Under the pieces are notes generated by a model. The model worked only from the letters and a program-made list of their open reading frames with translations. It did no database searches and was not told the DNA's origin. From the NCBI RefSeq assembly GCF_046119375.1, contig NW_027362772.1, positions 229,648,001 through 229,712,000 of the forward strand: a DNA stretch of 64,000 bases, in the 5' to 3' direction. Both the position numbers and the translations under genes were made by a program. Position 1 is the first letter of the stretch. Every line of letters begins with the position of its first letter. Positions 49,622 through 62,877 of the stretch are shown one piece after another. Source of the stretch: Phyllobates terribilis (lineage: Eukaryota).

Positions 49622-50584
49622 CTAGTTTAAAGCTCTCCTGATGAGTGTAGCAAGGCGACTTCCAAATACATGTTTTCCAGTCTTCGTAAGGTGCACCCCA
49701 TCTCTAGCAAGTAGTCCATCGTATAGGTAATTCATTCCGTGATCCAGAAATCCAAATCCTTGTTGACGGCACCATCGACGTAGCCAGTTGTTCACCTGTA
49801 GAATCTTATTCCACCTCATTGTTCCATGGCCATCCACTGGGAGGATGGATGAGAAGACCACCTGCGCTCCCAATTCTTTCACTTTCTTGCCTAAGTCTTC
49901 AAAGTCACTGCTGATGGTTTCCAGGTCCTTTCTTGCGGTGTCATTTGTCCCCACATGTATTAGCAGGAATGGGTAGTGATCTGTAGGTCTGAAGAGTCTT
50001 GATATCCTGTCAGACACATCTTTAATTTTTGCTCCTGGAAGACAGCACATTTCTCTTGAGGTTATGTCTGGTCTGCAGATAGTGGCCTCTGTTCCTCTTA
50101 GCAGGGAATCCCCCATGACCACCACTCTCCGTTTTTTCTTCACAACATTCTTCTTTTTCCATCCAGGAGGATTCTGAGGGCTTACAAGGTTATTCATTGC
50201 TGGCAAAGTCTTATTTTGCTGTATTTCTTCATGGTTCTCCTGCGTGAGAGCCTGGTACTGGTTCCTGAGCAGTATGGGTGCTGACTGCCTCTCGATCCTC
50301 CTGCTTCTGTGGGTCACATGCTTCCATTCCTCTGTTTCATCAGGTGCAGTTCGAATTTCTTCTCTTTCTGAATCATGAAGAGATAATTCTGCTCTGTCTA
50401 AGAACTCTTCACCTTCCTTAATGATTTTCAAGGTAGTTAACCTCTCTTCTAGATTTCGCAACTTTTCCTCCAACAGGGACACAAGCTTGCATTTCTGGCA
50501 TGTGAAGTTTGGCTTTTCCACTGGCAAGTCTGTGAACATGTAGCAGGATATGCAGCTCACCAAATGGCTCCTGGACTCTTCCAT
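49622..50584 (-). CDS. CR1 ORF1p: zinc-finger-like CxxC...CxxC, coiled coil and SGNH esterase domain, intact 320 aa
   Basis: SCISC...CQKC, heptad leucines, and GDS, GTND and DGVH SGNH blocks, the established CR1 ORF1p architecture. Confidence 0.92.
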   Translation of the reverse strand: MEESRSHLVSCISCYMFTDLPVEKPNFTCQKCKLVSLLEEKLRNLEERLTTLKIIKEGEEFLDRAELSLHDSEREEIRTAPDETEEWKHVTHRSRRIERQSAPILLRNQYQALTQENHEEIQQNKTLPAMNNLVSPQNPPGWKKKNVVKKKRRVVVMGDSLLRGTEATICRPDITSREMCCLPGAKIKDVSDRISRLFRPTDHYPFLLIHVGTNDTARKDLETISSDFEDLGKKVKELGAQVVFSSILPVDGHGTMRWNKILQVNNWLRRWCRQQGFGFLDHGMNYLYDGLLARDGVHLTKTGKHVFGSRLATLIRRALN

Positions 50585-50650
50585 GTTCTTACTGTTAATG
50601 TTCTGAAAACAGTGAAAAAAGCTTTAAAATGCGCACGCCGGTAGGCGCGG

Positions 50651-50900
50651 GGTTTACCGATGTCCTCTTTTCAGCTCCAACAGCCAAAATTCAGTGTTCT
50701 TTGAGCTCGCGGAGACTCTTCACTTACCCCAAAATGCAGTGGGAATATGCAAATTATCTCCTCAGGACTCCTCCCCTGGTTTACCGATGTCCTCTTTTCA
50801 GCTCCAACAGCCAAAATCCAGTGTTCTTTGAGCTCGCGGAGACTCTTCACTTACCCCAAAATGCAGTGGGAATATGCAAATTATCTCCTCAGGACTCCTC
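50651..50900 (-). repeat. Tandem 123-bp monomers in the CR1 5' UTR (50651-50773 and 50778-50900)
   Basis: One mismatch seen between the copies. Each has an octamer ATGCAAAT and a GTAAGT donor on the minus strand. Confidence 0.95.
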
Positions 50901-51415
50901 ACTCCATTCACTCCTTATATCCCTCCGTTCACTCCTTATATCGCTCCGTTCACTCCTTATATCCCTCCGTTCACTCCTTATATCCCTCCGTTCACTCCTT
51001 ATATCGCTCCGTTCACTCCTTATATTGCCCCTTTTACTCCTTATATCCCTCCGTTCACTCCTTATATCGCTCCGTTCACTCCTTATATCCCTCCGTTCAT
51101 TCCTTATATCGCTCCGTTCACTCCTTATATCACTCCGTTCACTCCTTATATCGCTCCGTTCACTCCTTATATCCCTCCGTTCACTCCTTATATCGCTCCG
51201 TTCACTCCTTATATCGCCCCGTTCACTCCTTACATCCCTCCGATCACTCCTTATATCGCTCCGTTCACTCCTTATATCGCTCCATTCACTCCTCATATCG
51301 CTCAGTTCCCTCCTTATATCCCTCCGTTCACTCCTTATATCCCTCCGTTCACTCCCTATATCCCTCCGTTCACTCCTTACATTGCTCCTTTCCCTCCTTA
51401 TATCGCTCCGTTTCG
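50901..51415. repeat. 21-bp minisatellite, right block
   Basis: About 24 units. Confidence 0.95.
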
Positions 51416-52364
51416 TTCTATAGGACTAACAGAGATAGTCATTTATTTAGCGCAGAAGCGAAAAGATCAGTGATCACGTACATGCATCCAGAAGATTAGA
51501 GCCCATAGGTCTCAGTGGTTGGACCCATACCTATCACACATTTATCACCTGTTCTGTGCATTCCCTTTAAGCAGCAAGAGAACAGTAAGTTTTTAAAATT
51601 AAGGTGTTAGAAGCAAGAAAAATTGGAAAACATAATGCTACCCACTTTCTGGAGTAAGTTTATGTCTTTTTTTTTCGCAACTTTTTTAAAAAGTGGCAAT
51701 TCATAAATCTGGTTAAGGCCTCATTTACCTATCTACCCATTCCCAATTTTGAGAAGTTGCAAAAGCATCTTAAAATTGCAAGAAATTACACATTTTTGCA
51801 AAATAACTGTTGTGTGGGAAAATTTGTGACTTTTTGATGCAAAAGCCTTGATACTTGCCCCTATTTTCTGTCGATGGTGTAACTTACCTAGAGGAAAGAT
51901 GGCACTGGGATGATCTATGGAAAGAACATAAACTGTCAGGAGCAGTGTAATGTGCTAGGCCAGCGGTTTCCATTATGCAGCCCCTGAGGCTGCCATCTAT
52001 GGCCCTCGGGGCACAAGACCTCCCGAGATATCCCTGGGACAGCATAGAGCAGGCCTAAGGAGGACCATGCTGGCACACGCTGGGGAACAGCCTGTCACAG
52101 CGCAGTGTGTCTGAGCGGAGGCTTTGATTGCTGGTGGTAAGTGAATATGGAGAGAAGCATTTTTTTTATCCCCTTCCTGCACATATAGGGTGCAGCGGGA
52201 GGTGACCTCCCACCAGGAGCTGGCTGTCCAATTTTAGCCTAGGGGGCAATTAGAAAGCACTGGCCTGCAACTTGAGGCGACCTATCTTTAGCCTGCTTAT
52301 CTTTCGTTGCTGCAATAAAGCAGTAGAGATAGCAGGTTTTAAAAATAATGTTGACTGGTACAGA

Positions 52365-52625
52365 ACAGAGCTTACTACATAGATATGGAAACAAAACAAA
52401 GCTTCCTTCAAAGATACGGGAACAGAACCGAGCTTACTACATAGATACGGGAACAGAACCAAACTTCCATCAAAGATACGGGAACAGAACCGAGCTTACT
52501 ATATAGATATGGGAACAGAACCAAGCTTACTACATAGATATGGGAACAAAACCAGGCTTGCTACATACATACGGGAACAGAACAAAGCTTACTACATAGA
52601 TATGGGAATAGAACAAAGCTTACTC
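52365..52625. repeat. About 29-31-bp minisatellite (catagatacgggaacagaaccgagcttacta)
   Basis: About 8-9 degenerate units. Confidence 0.8.
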
Positions 52626-52976
52626 CTAGAAGCACCAACCTCAGATTGGGATGCATGGTATGACAAACATGGAAGTAATGAGGGCCTGACATTGCAACCA
52701 ATCAGCAAGCCAGGAGCCTGTCATGGTGGGGGGGGGGGGGCTGATGCTGGTTGGTGAGCTCACGCACTGGCCATTGTGCTATTTCAATACCACTGTGAGT
52801 GATTGACAGTGGCATTTAAATAGTTAAACAGCCGAGATTGAGGCAAGTTCTGATTGCTGTTGTTACAGTTGCACCATTGTGCACTAATGGTTCATTTCAC
52901 TTGTCAGCTCCCAAAACTGGAATGACAAATGGAATTCCCTAACAGAGATGTGAAAGACCCGTTACAGATTTATTAA

Positions 52977-54000
52977 CCCTTAAGAACCGGGCAATTTTAT
53001 GTTTTTGCGCTTTTGTTTTTTCCGCCCCTTACTTCAAAAGCCATAACTTTTTTTATTTTTCCATCGACATAGCTGTGTGAGGGTTTGTTTGTTGCGGAAC
53101 GAGTTGTACTTTTGAATAGCACCATACATTTTATCATGTGATATAGTGGTAAAAAAATTCCAAGTGTGGCAAAATATCAAAAAAAAGCTCAACTGTTTTT
53201 TTTTTTAATTTACAGTGTTCATTTTACGTTAAAAAATGACCTGGCAATATGATTCTCCAGGTCAGTACGAGCACACAGATACCAAACATGTATAGTTTTC
53301 TTTTACTTAAGTGGTGAAAAAAATTCAGAAATCTGTAAAAATAAATAAATAAAAAATTTGCTTCTGTCGCCATTTTCCAAGACCCATAACATTTTCATGT
53401 TTTTAGTTTTTGTACCCAGAGCCGATGTTTTTATTGCTATCATTTTGGAGCAGATATGATGTTTTGATCGCCTCTTATTACTTTTTTGATGTTTTTGCAG
53501 TGGCCGAAAAGCTGCAATTCTGGCGTACTGATTTTTTTTCTAGTTACACCATTTACCAATCGAATTAATTGATTTTATATTTTGTTGGAACGGACTTTTA
53601 CAAACGCAGCGATATCAAATGCATATTTCCGTTTTTATTATTTTTTATTTTTTCAAGGTGATTTGAACTTGTATTTATTTTTTATTTTTTTATATTTTTA
53701 AAAATATTTTTTTTATTTATTAGTCCCCTTAGGGGACTTGAACCTGCGATTGTTTGATCGCTTGTGCTATATACAGCAATACCACAGTTTTGCTGTATAT
53801 AGCAAAAATCACGATCTCCTATGAACGCCAGCTACAGGCTGATTTTCACAGGAGTACCGTCATGACAGGCACAGGGGTCTTCAACAGACCGCAGCTGTCA
53901 TGGAACTCATTGGCGCCCCGTGATCACCTCATGGGCACACAATGGGCGCATAGAACTGTGCGACTCCCTGTCGGCGTGCTGTTAATGCCGCCGTCACAGA
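52977..54000. mobile_element. Fragment of a non-autonomous piggyBac-like element (related fragment at about 13385-13620)
   Basis: ttaa|cccttaa start, T-rich subterminal sequence homologous to 13385-13620. Other end not found. Confidence 0.4.
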
Positions 54001-55163
54001 TCAGACTACTTTGCGCCTTACTCTACTGCTTCTGTCTTGGTGTTTGGTATTCTAGGACACTTGCAGATGTCTTGTAAAACTCATATGTAGTATTAGATAA
54101 GGTGGTTTAACGTTAGGCTACATATGGCACTAATATACTTGTGTATTGTATATGTGATCGGCTCCATTCGGATTGTTGCAGGCGGGGGGGTGGAGAGGTG
54201 AGTTGGGTAGGTGAGGTAGTGTGGGCAAGGTGGTGGCAAAATTGCAAGCTAGACGAATGTATTTTGCCGGATTTCCATACCGCTACACATGAGCAGTCTT
54301 ATGAAAGGAATGAGCACAAAGGAAACCTCTGGGAGAACGCGGCCATAATGATGGGCCGGGTGCCAAGTTCAAATTGTATGAGCCAGGACTAAAGAAGAGA
54401 AGGAAGGGAAGCTGGACCGGAAATACTGATCCTAGGTTGCCATGGCTTACAAGTCACTAAATATCAACAAGTAAAGGGCACAAAACCTGGCAACTGATTT
54501 TTAGACCTTTTTGTGTCTAGTGGCATTTTCCACTTTACCCCATCCATTTTTTAAACGTCCAGCCGGTTTTATAAAAATGCAGCATGATAAATTAGAGTGG
54601 TAATATTATTCACACCAATTAAGTGAATAGGCTCGGACTGCAGTACCAGACACAGCGGCACAGATGTGAGACTTGCTATATCAGTGCCAAGCACATTGAT
54701 AGGCTAGCCTGAGGCCATCAGTGCAAAATCTTAGAAAACCTCTTTGGTTTTAAGCTTCCAAATGCAAAATGTTATAGGGTTCCCCAGCTATTACTTACCA
54801 TTAATAATATGGGAGCCAAGTGGGCGCAGGTGCAACTTCAAGCTCTGCGACCTTTATAATTATACCCCTGGAAATTAGATATTTGGATTTACTTGACTTC
54901 TTATTTTTGATTGAAGCAGCATCCAAGGCACTGAAAAATGTGACCGGAGTCACACCAAAACAGCGCATGAGGCGAGGATTCATGCAGACCCTTTCCGGAG
55001 GAGAGGCTCCCCAATAAACCATCCCTCCAAGCCAGAAGACCACAGCGAGGGTCAGGGATCTTCAGTGCTCTCACTAGCCGAAGCCGGTGGGGAGTCATTT
55101 TCGTGCTCCAAGCGTCCAACAAGGCTATCAACCTGGTGGAGCAGGGCCCCTGTGTAGTGTTGG

Positions 55164-56383
55164 TGACGCGCCCCCTGGGCCGTTGGGTACTCGGTGCCGG
55201 GCCGGTCATTGCTAGGGGAGAGGTCACAGTGGCGGTGACCCGGTTCGTGACCCAGGGCGGTCAATCAAAAGGAGAATATTTTTACAGGGGATTTATAGTT
55301 TTTATATACAGTTTGTGACACCACCTGTGGTATGCGGCTAAAGGGAGCCGCCGCTGCGGAGCAGGTCCTCTGGAGCTGATGTTACTGCAGCAGGGATGGT
55401 GTGGCTCTCCACAGGTAGAGCTTAGCTCCAGGGCAGTGTAGATGTTAAAGATGTTGCGGTGTAGTGCAGGGGTGATGGCGCAGCAATAATTTCACAGAGA
55501 CCGTGGGGTGCAGTCTTCAGAGTTTACTCACAGTTGTTAAGTTCCTCAGGTTGCACTTTCCGCATTACAGCCTCCCACGTTGCGCTGCGTTCCCCAGGCA
55601 GGGGTTCAGCAAACTACCAGTTGTTTCAAGAGTGCCTGACAGGACCCCGTTCTATATGCCCTTCTCAGCCGTCTTCCTGCGCTGGCCCTCACCCTTCTTG
55701 CCCTGCGCCTCGCCAAACAATGTCCCAAGCCGGTATCCTCGGATCTTTCTGGGCAACCTGGACCTTTTCGGCGACTTGAGTGCGGATGTGGCAACTTCTC
55801 CCTGAAAGTACAGAAGCCTCCGGTTTCCAGTTGAACTTTGTAATTCTCACTGATTAGGGGCCGGTCCCCTCTGCGGCTCGATCCCTCCACCGCCTGGCAG
55901 ATTAGGGTGTACGGGTGGCCTCCAGCACTGCCCGTACCCCTGGGATCCCTTCTTCACTCCTGGAACCTTTCTCCTGCTCCTCTCCTCCTCAATCTGTCCT
56001 GGGCCTCTCTGGCTAGGCCCTCCTCCTCCTGAGCAGAGCTCATACAGAGCTCCTTCTCCCCTCAGACTCCACTGACTGACTGGCTACACACCCAAGATGG
56101 CTTCCCTCTATATACTATCCCTAACAAATGCTCCCCTGATTTACTTCCTCCACCCACACCCACTACATGGTTCCCCCTCTCTTGGTTCCCCCCACTCCAG
56201 CCAGGGACAGGGCTCAGCAAGGAAGCGACGCATCTTGCCCCTCCTGCTGGTCTGGAGTAGTGTAGTGTTGGATGCAGGTGTTAGGGTCCCGGGCAGCACT
56301 CTATCCTTACCTGAGAGTGAGATACCACACCTCTGGGTGAGATGCAGTACCTCTGTGGCGACTGAACCCTCTGGGGCGCCACA
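55164..56383 (-). mobile_element. Solo LTR, family X copy 3
   Basis: TGACGCGCCCC...GGGGCGCCACA termini, perfect 4-bp TSD TTGG. Confidence 0.82.
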
Positions 56384-57796
56384 TTGGTTTCTCAGAACAC
56401 AGCTGACCGGACCTCCGACCAGGGTTACAAAAGTTCCCCTTCCTAGACCAAAGGCTGGGAATAGGGGGGGTGTGCTCAAAAAGTATGAAAGGCTAGGTGC
56501 AGTGTTCTATGGAGCTGACCTCATATACTGTAGCTGATCTCAGTTTCCCATCATGTTTTATAGTTGGAGTGTACAGATTTCGCCTGATGGAGGCAAAAAG
56601 AACACACTTTTGCTTACGGCAATGTTAAAGTATCCGTCTGGAAAAAGCTCCTGACACATACTTTCAGCTAAGTGCACAAACACGCTATGCAGATGGCCTT
56701 AGATAGTTTTTTAACTTTTCCTCAACAGTACAATTCACATTATGTCTGACGACTGTCCGGTCTTCCCCTCCCCTCCATGTGTCCATTCATCAGCCACCAT
56801 TGGGAGGTGGTGCTGAAGCCAGTCCAGATATGGAAATACGCAGCGGAAAAAGAGAACTGAATGGTCACTATGTAACCCGTATCTGATGTCCTGAGCAGAC
56901 CCCGCAGCCTACTAATAAGATAGATCTGATATGATACATACACATGGGGCTGAATTCTCTGGATTCTACATAAACTGGCCACTTATGAGCCCAGACGACA
57001 ACGCAAAAAAAGATTTGCATGCATTTCTTAGGAAAGCCACATACATTGTACTTTTGGAGCTGTGATTAGATATGAGCAAATAAAACTTTGCCATGTTTGG
57101 ACTTGCTGCGTGTTCTTCATTTGTCCTATGTCACGCTCCTCTCCGTTAGTAGGAATAACACCATGTAATGCACGTATTTCCAACTGCTCACAATGCCAAT
57201 GAATGAAGGGTCCTATATCCCCTTCTATTAAGTGGTGTAACTTGGAATTCTTGGACCCGTCCCTAATAAATTCTGTACCAGAGCCCTCCACATTCCATGT
57301 GTCTTCTTATTTGGGAGAGGGACATTCTCTGCACCCTCTCTGCCCCTTCCTCCTCCGGCAATTCATTGTCCAGACACAAGACACGTTCTCTTTTTTTTTA
57401 GGTTGGGTATTTTAAAGTTTTCACTGCAAAGTCACCAGAATAGCTGCAATTCTTAAAAGGGTGCGGGGAACACAATGGGATCCGCTGACTTGTGACATCA
57501 TCTCTCGTTTCTAAAGTTAGTTTACTGTTTGCCTCTTCTTCCTTGCCTGTCCCCATTTATAGATCGTCCTCATTGCCAAGGGGAAGAGACTTGACATGGC
57601 AGTCCATTGTTTAGTCTTTGGTTGCTCTTTTATAAGAGAATGTCACATTCAGCTAAAACATCACTGACAAAATCTGTCCCAGAGACACTCATACCCCACC
57701 TATCATGTACCACTGATTGCAATGACTTCACACATATTTTTATATTATAATGACCAGATACTTGGGGTCCTCTTTGAGGAGCAACCGTCTATTTAA

Positions 57797-60700
57797 TTAT
57801 TATTTCATAAATCAATAATACACATGAAAATAAAAAAAACTTTGTAATATATCTTATTAGAGAAAACTGCTTCTTTCTCCTCCTGGACCAATCATTCATT
57901 GTCAATTCATGGGTAAAATATGTATTCAGTGATGACAGATTTTCTCTTTACTGAGATAGGAGATGGCAGTGATTTTAAAATACTATAGAGGAGGGGCTAG
58001 AGGCAGACACAGACATTCAAGGGACGAGCTAGAGGCAGACACAGACATTCTAGGGAGGAGCTAGAGGCAGACACAGACATTCAAGGGACGAGCTAGAGGC
58101 AGACACAGACATTCAAGGGACGAGCTAGAGGCAGACACAGACATTCTAGGGAGAAGCTAGAGGCATACACAGACATTCTAGGGAGAAGCTAGAGACAGAT
58201 ACAGACATTATAGGGAAGACCTAAAGGCAGACACAGACATTCTAGGGAGGAGCTAGAGGCAGACACAGACATTCTAGGGAGGAGCTAGAGGCAGACACAG
58301 ACATTCTAGGGAGGAGCTAGAGACAGACACAGACATTCTAGGGAGGAGCTAGAGGCAGACACAGACATTCTAGGGAGGAGCTAGAGGCATACACAGACAT
58401 TCTAGGGAGGAGCTAGAGGCAGATACAGACATTATAGGGAAGACCTAAAGGCAGACACAGACATTCTAGGGAGGAGCTAGAGGCAGATACAGACATTATA
58501 GGGAAGACCTAAAGGCAGACACAGACATTCTAGGGAGGAGCTAGAGGCAGATACAGACATTCAAGGGAGGAGCTAGAGGCAGATACAGACATTCTAGGGA
58601 GGAGCTAGAGGCCGACACAGACATTGTAGGGAGGAGCTAGAGGCAGACACAGACATTGTAGGGAGGAGCTAGAGGCAGACACAGACATTCTAGGGAGGAG
58701 CTAGAGGCAGACACAGACAATAGGGAGGATCTAGAGCCAGACACTGACATTGTAGGGAGGATCTAGAGACAGACACAGACATTCTAGGGAGGAGCTAGAG
58801 GCAGACGCAGACATTCTAGGGAGGAGTTAGAGACAGACACAGACATTCTAGGGAGGAGCTAGAGACAGACACATACATTCTAGGGAGGAGTTAGAGACAG
58901 ACACAGACATTCTAGGGAGGAGCTAGAGGCAGACACAGACATTCTAGGGAGGAGCTAGAGGCAGACACAGACATTCTAGGGAGGAGCTAGAGACAGACAC
59001 AGACATTCTAGGGAGGAGCTAGAGGCAGACACAGACATTCTAGGGAGGAGCTAGAGGCATACACAGACATTCTAGGGAGGAGCTAGAGGCAGATACAGAC
59101 ATTATAGGAAGACCTAAAGGCAGACACAGACATTCTAGGAAGGAGCTAGAGGCAGATACAGACATTATAGGGAAGACCTAAAGGCAGACACAGACATTCT
59201 AGGGAGGAGCTAGAGGCAGATACAGACATTCAAGGGAGGAGCTAGAGGCAGATACAGACATTCTAGGGAGGAGCTAGAGGCCGACACAGACATTGTAGGG
59301 AGGAGCTAGAGGCAGACACAGACATTGTAGGGAGGAGCTAGAGGCAGACACAGACATTCTAGGGAGGAGCTAGAGGCAGACACAGACAATAGGGAGGATC
59401 TAGAGCCAGACACTGACATTGTAGGGAGGATCTAGAGACAGACACAGACATTCTAGGGAGGAGCTAGAGGCAGACGCAGACATTCTAGGGAGGAGTTAGA
59501 GACAGACACAGACATTCTAGGGAGGAGCTAGAGACAGACACATACATTCTAGGGAGGAGCTAGAGGCAGACACAGACATTCTAGGGAGGAGCTAGAGGTA
59601 GACACAGACATTCTAGGGAGGAGCTAGAGGCAGACACAGACATTCTAGGGAGGAGCTAGAGGTAGACACAGACATTCTAGGGAGGAGCTAGAGGCAGACA
59701 CAGATTCTAGGGAGGAGCTAGAGGCAGACATAGACATTCTAGGGAGGAGCTAGAGACAGAAACTGACATTCTAGGGAGGATCTAGAGGCAGACACTGACA
59801 TTGTAGGGAGGATCTAGAGACAGACACAGACATTCTAGGGAGGAGCTAGAGGCTGATAGAGACATTCTAGGGGGGAGCTAGAGGCAGACACAGACATTCT
59901 AGGGAGGAGCTAGAGACAGACACAGACATTCTAGGGAGGAGCTAGAGACAGACACATACATTCTAGGGAGGAGCTAGAGGCAGACACAGACATTCTAGGG
60001 AGGAGCTAGAGGTAGACACAGACATTCTAGGGAGGAGCTAGAGGCAGACACAGACATTCTAGGGAGGAGCTAGAGGTAGACACAGACATTCTAGGGAGGA
60101 GCTAGAGGCAGACACAGAGATTCTAGGGAGGAGCTAGAGACAGAAACTGACATTCTAGGGAGGAGCTAGAGACAGACACAGACATTCTAGGGAGGAGCTA
60201 GAGGCAGAGACAGACATTGTAGGGAGGATCTAGAGACAGACACAGACATTCTAGGGAGGAGCTAGAGGCTGATAGAGACATTCTAGGGGGGAGCTGGAGG
60301 CAGACACTGACATTCTAGGGAGGAGCTAGAGACAGACACAGACATTCTAGGGAGGAGCTAGAGGCAGACACTGACATTCTAGGGAGGAGCTAAAGGCAGA
60401 CACAGACATTCTAGGGAGGAGCTAGAGGCAGACACAGACAATAGGGAGGATCTATAGGCAGACACTGACATTGTAGGGAGGATCTAGAGGCAGACACAGA
60501 CATTCTAGGGAGGAGCTACAGGCAGACACAGACATTGTAGGGAGGAGCTAGAGGCAGACACAGACATTCTAGGGAGGAGCTAGAGGCAGACACAGACATT
60601 CTAGGGAGGAGCTAGAGGCAGACACTGGCATTCTAGGGAGGAGCTAGAGACAGACATTCTAGGGAGGAGCTAGAGGCACACACTGACATTCTAGGGAGGA

Positions 60701-62615
60701 GCTAAAGGTAGACACAGACATTCTAGGGAGGAGCTAGAGACAGACACAGACTTTCTAGGGAGGAGCTGGGGCAGACACAGACAATAGGGAGGAGCTAGAG
60801 ACGGACACAGACATTCTAGGGAGGAGCTAGGGGCAGACACAGACATTCTAGGGAGGAGCTAGAGGCAGACACAGACATTCTAGGGAGGAGCTAGAGGCAG
60901 ACAGACATTCTAGGGAGGAGCTAGAGGCAGTCACAGACATTCAAGGGAGGAGCTAGAGGCAGACACAGACATTCTAGGGAGGAGCTAGAGTCAGATACAG
61001 ACATTGTAGAGAGGAGCTAGAGGCAGACACAGACATTCTATGGAGGAGCTAGAGGCAGACACAAACAATAGGGAGGATCTTGAGCCAGACACTGACATTG
61101 TAGGGAGGATCTAGAGACAGACACAGACCTTCTAGGGAGAAGCTATAGGCAGACACAGACATTCTAGGGAGGATCTAGAGACAGACACAGACATTCTAGG
61201 GAGGAGCTAGAGACAGACACAGACATTCTAGGGAGGATCTAGAGACAGACACAGACATTCTAGGGAGGAGCTAGAGGCAGCCACAGACATTGTAGGGAGG
61301 AGCTAAAGGCAGACACAGACATTGTAGGGAGGAGCTAGAGGCAGACACAGACAATAGGGAGGATCTAGAGGCAGACACTGACATTGTAGGGAGGATCTAG
61401 AGATAGACACAGACATTCTAGGGAGGAGCTAGAGGCAGACATAGACTTTCTAGGGGGGATCTAGAGGCAGACACAGACATTCTAGGGAGGAGCTAGAGGC
61501 AGACGCAGACATTCTAGGGAGGAGCTAGAGGCAGACGCAGACATTCTAGGGAGGAGCTAGAGGCAGACGCAGACATTCTAGCGAGGAGCTAGATGCAGAC
61601 ACAGACATTCTAGGGAGGAGCTAGAGACAGACACTGACATTCTAGTGAGGAGCTAGAGATAGACACAGACATTCTAGGGAGGAGCTAGAGGCAGACACTG
61701 ACATTGTAGGGAGGATCTAGAGACAGACACAGACATTGTAGGGAGGAGCTACAGGCAGACACTGACATTCTAGGGAGGAGATAAAGGCAGACACAGACAT
61801 TCTAGGGAGGAGCTAGAGGCAGACACAGACAATAGGGAGGATCTATAGGCAGACACTGACATTGTAGGGAGGATCTAGAGACATGCACAGACTTTCTAGG
61901 GAGGAGCTAGAGGCTGACACAGACATTCTAGGGAGGAGCTATAGGCAGACACAGACATTCTAGGGAGGAGCTAGAGGCAGATACAGACATTCTAGGGAGG
62001 AGCTAGAGGCAGGCACAGACATTCTAGGGAGGAGTTAGAGACAGACACTGACATTCTAGGGAGGAGCTAGAGACAGACACAGACATTGTAGGGAGGAGCT
62101 AGAGGCAGATACTGACATTGTAGGGAGGAGCTATAGACAGACACAGACATTCTAGGGAGGAGCTAGAGGCAGACACTGACATTCTAGGGAGGAGCTGGGG
62201 CAGACACAGACATTCTAGGGAGGAGCTAGAGGCATACACAGACAATAGGGAGGAGCTAGAGATGGACACAGTCATTCTAGGGAGGAGCTAGGGGCAGACA
62301 CAGACATTCTAGGGAGGAGCTAGAGGCAGACACAAACATTCTATAGAGAAGCTAGAGACAGACACAGACATTCAGCTGCAAGGTCTCCTGAAAGGACACT
62401 TACAGTTCTCCGTAGAACTTTATGAGCACCAACTGTCATTCCCTATCTCAGTAATGGGAAAGTCTGTATTCACTGAAGACAGATTTTACCTGTGATTTGA
62501 GAATTTTGAGAAGAAAAGATTAGTCCAGGAGGAGAGACAAGTGTATTTCTCAAATAAGATATATTACAAAGTTTCTTATTTTCAAGTGTAATATCGATTT
62601 ATGAAAAAAAATGGA
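57797..62615. mobile_element. TIR element (probably a TTAA MITE) containing the 32-bp satellite
   Basis: About 170-bp inverted arms at 57800-57970 and 62430-62610. TTAA on both sides (57793 and 62616). Confidence 0.65.
57988..62373. repeat. 32-bp satellite (gcagacacagacattctagggaggagctagag), about 137 units
   Basis: Continuous 4.4-kb tandem array. Confidence 0.98.
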
Positions 62616-62712
62616 TTAAAACAAAATTTACTGAATACAAACAAAATAATACTTAGTCACTATATAATAAAAATAGGTAATTTATTAATATACTTTGTGT
62701 TCAGATATATAA

Positions 62713-62877
<165 letters not shown>

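Larger units (their letters stand above)
46638..50900 (-). mobile_element. Apparently full-length CR1 LINE
   Basis: ORF1, ORF2, a short 3' UTR ending in attctattctatgat (CR1 ATTCTRTG-type tail) and a 5' UTR with a duplicated monomer. Confidence 0.95.

Noticed and set aside
50720-50745. Resemblance of acttacc...ccccaaaatg..gtggg to U1 snRNA
   Set aside because: Only a few bases match. It is simply the reverse complement of a splice donor, with no U1 stem-loops or Sm site.
50629-51499. 200-264-aa ORFs (LISLRSL, SLYPSVH, PFTPYIA repeats)
   Set aside because: All three frames are open because the 21-bp unit has no stop. No evidence of coding.
54790-55160. Possible decayed LINE (L1/Tx1) coding fragment around the solo LTR, also 56384-57400
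   Set aside because: No diagnostic RT or endonuclease motif could be read, so family and boundaries cannot be supported.
57988-62373. CRISPR-like appearance of the regular 32-bp repeat
   Set aside because: Units are head-to-tail with no unique spacers, there are no cas genes, and the context is eukaryotic.
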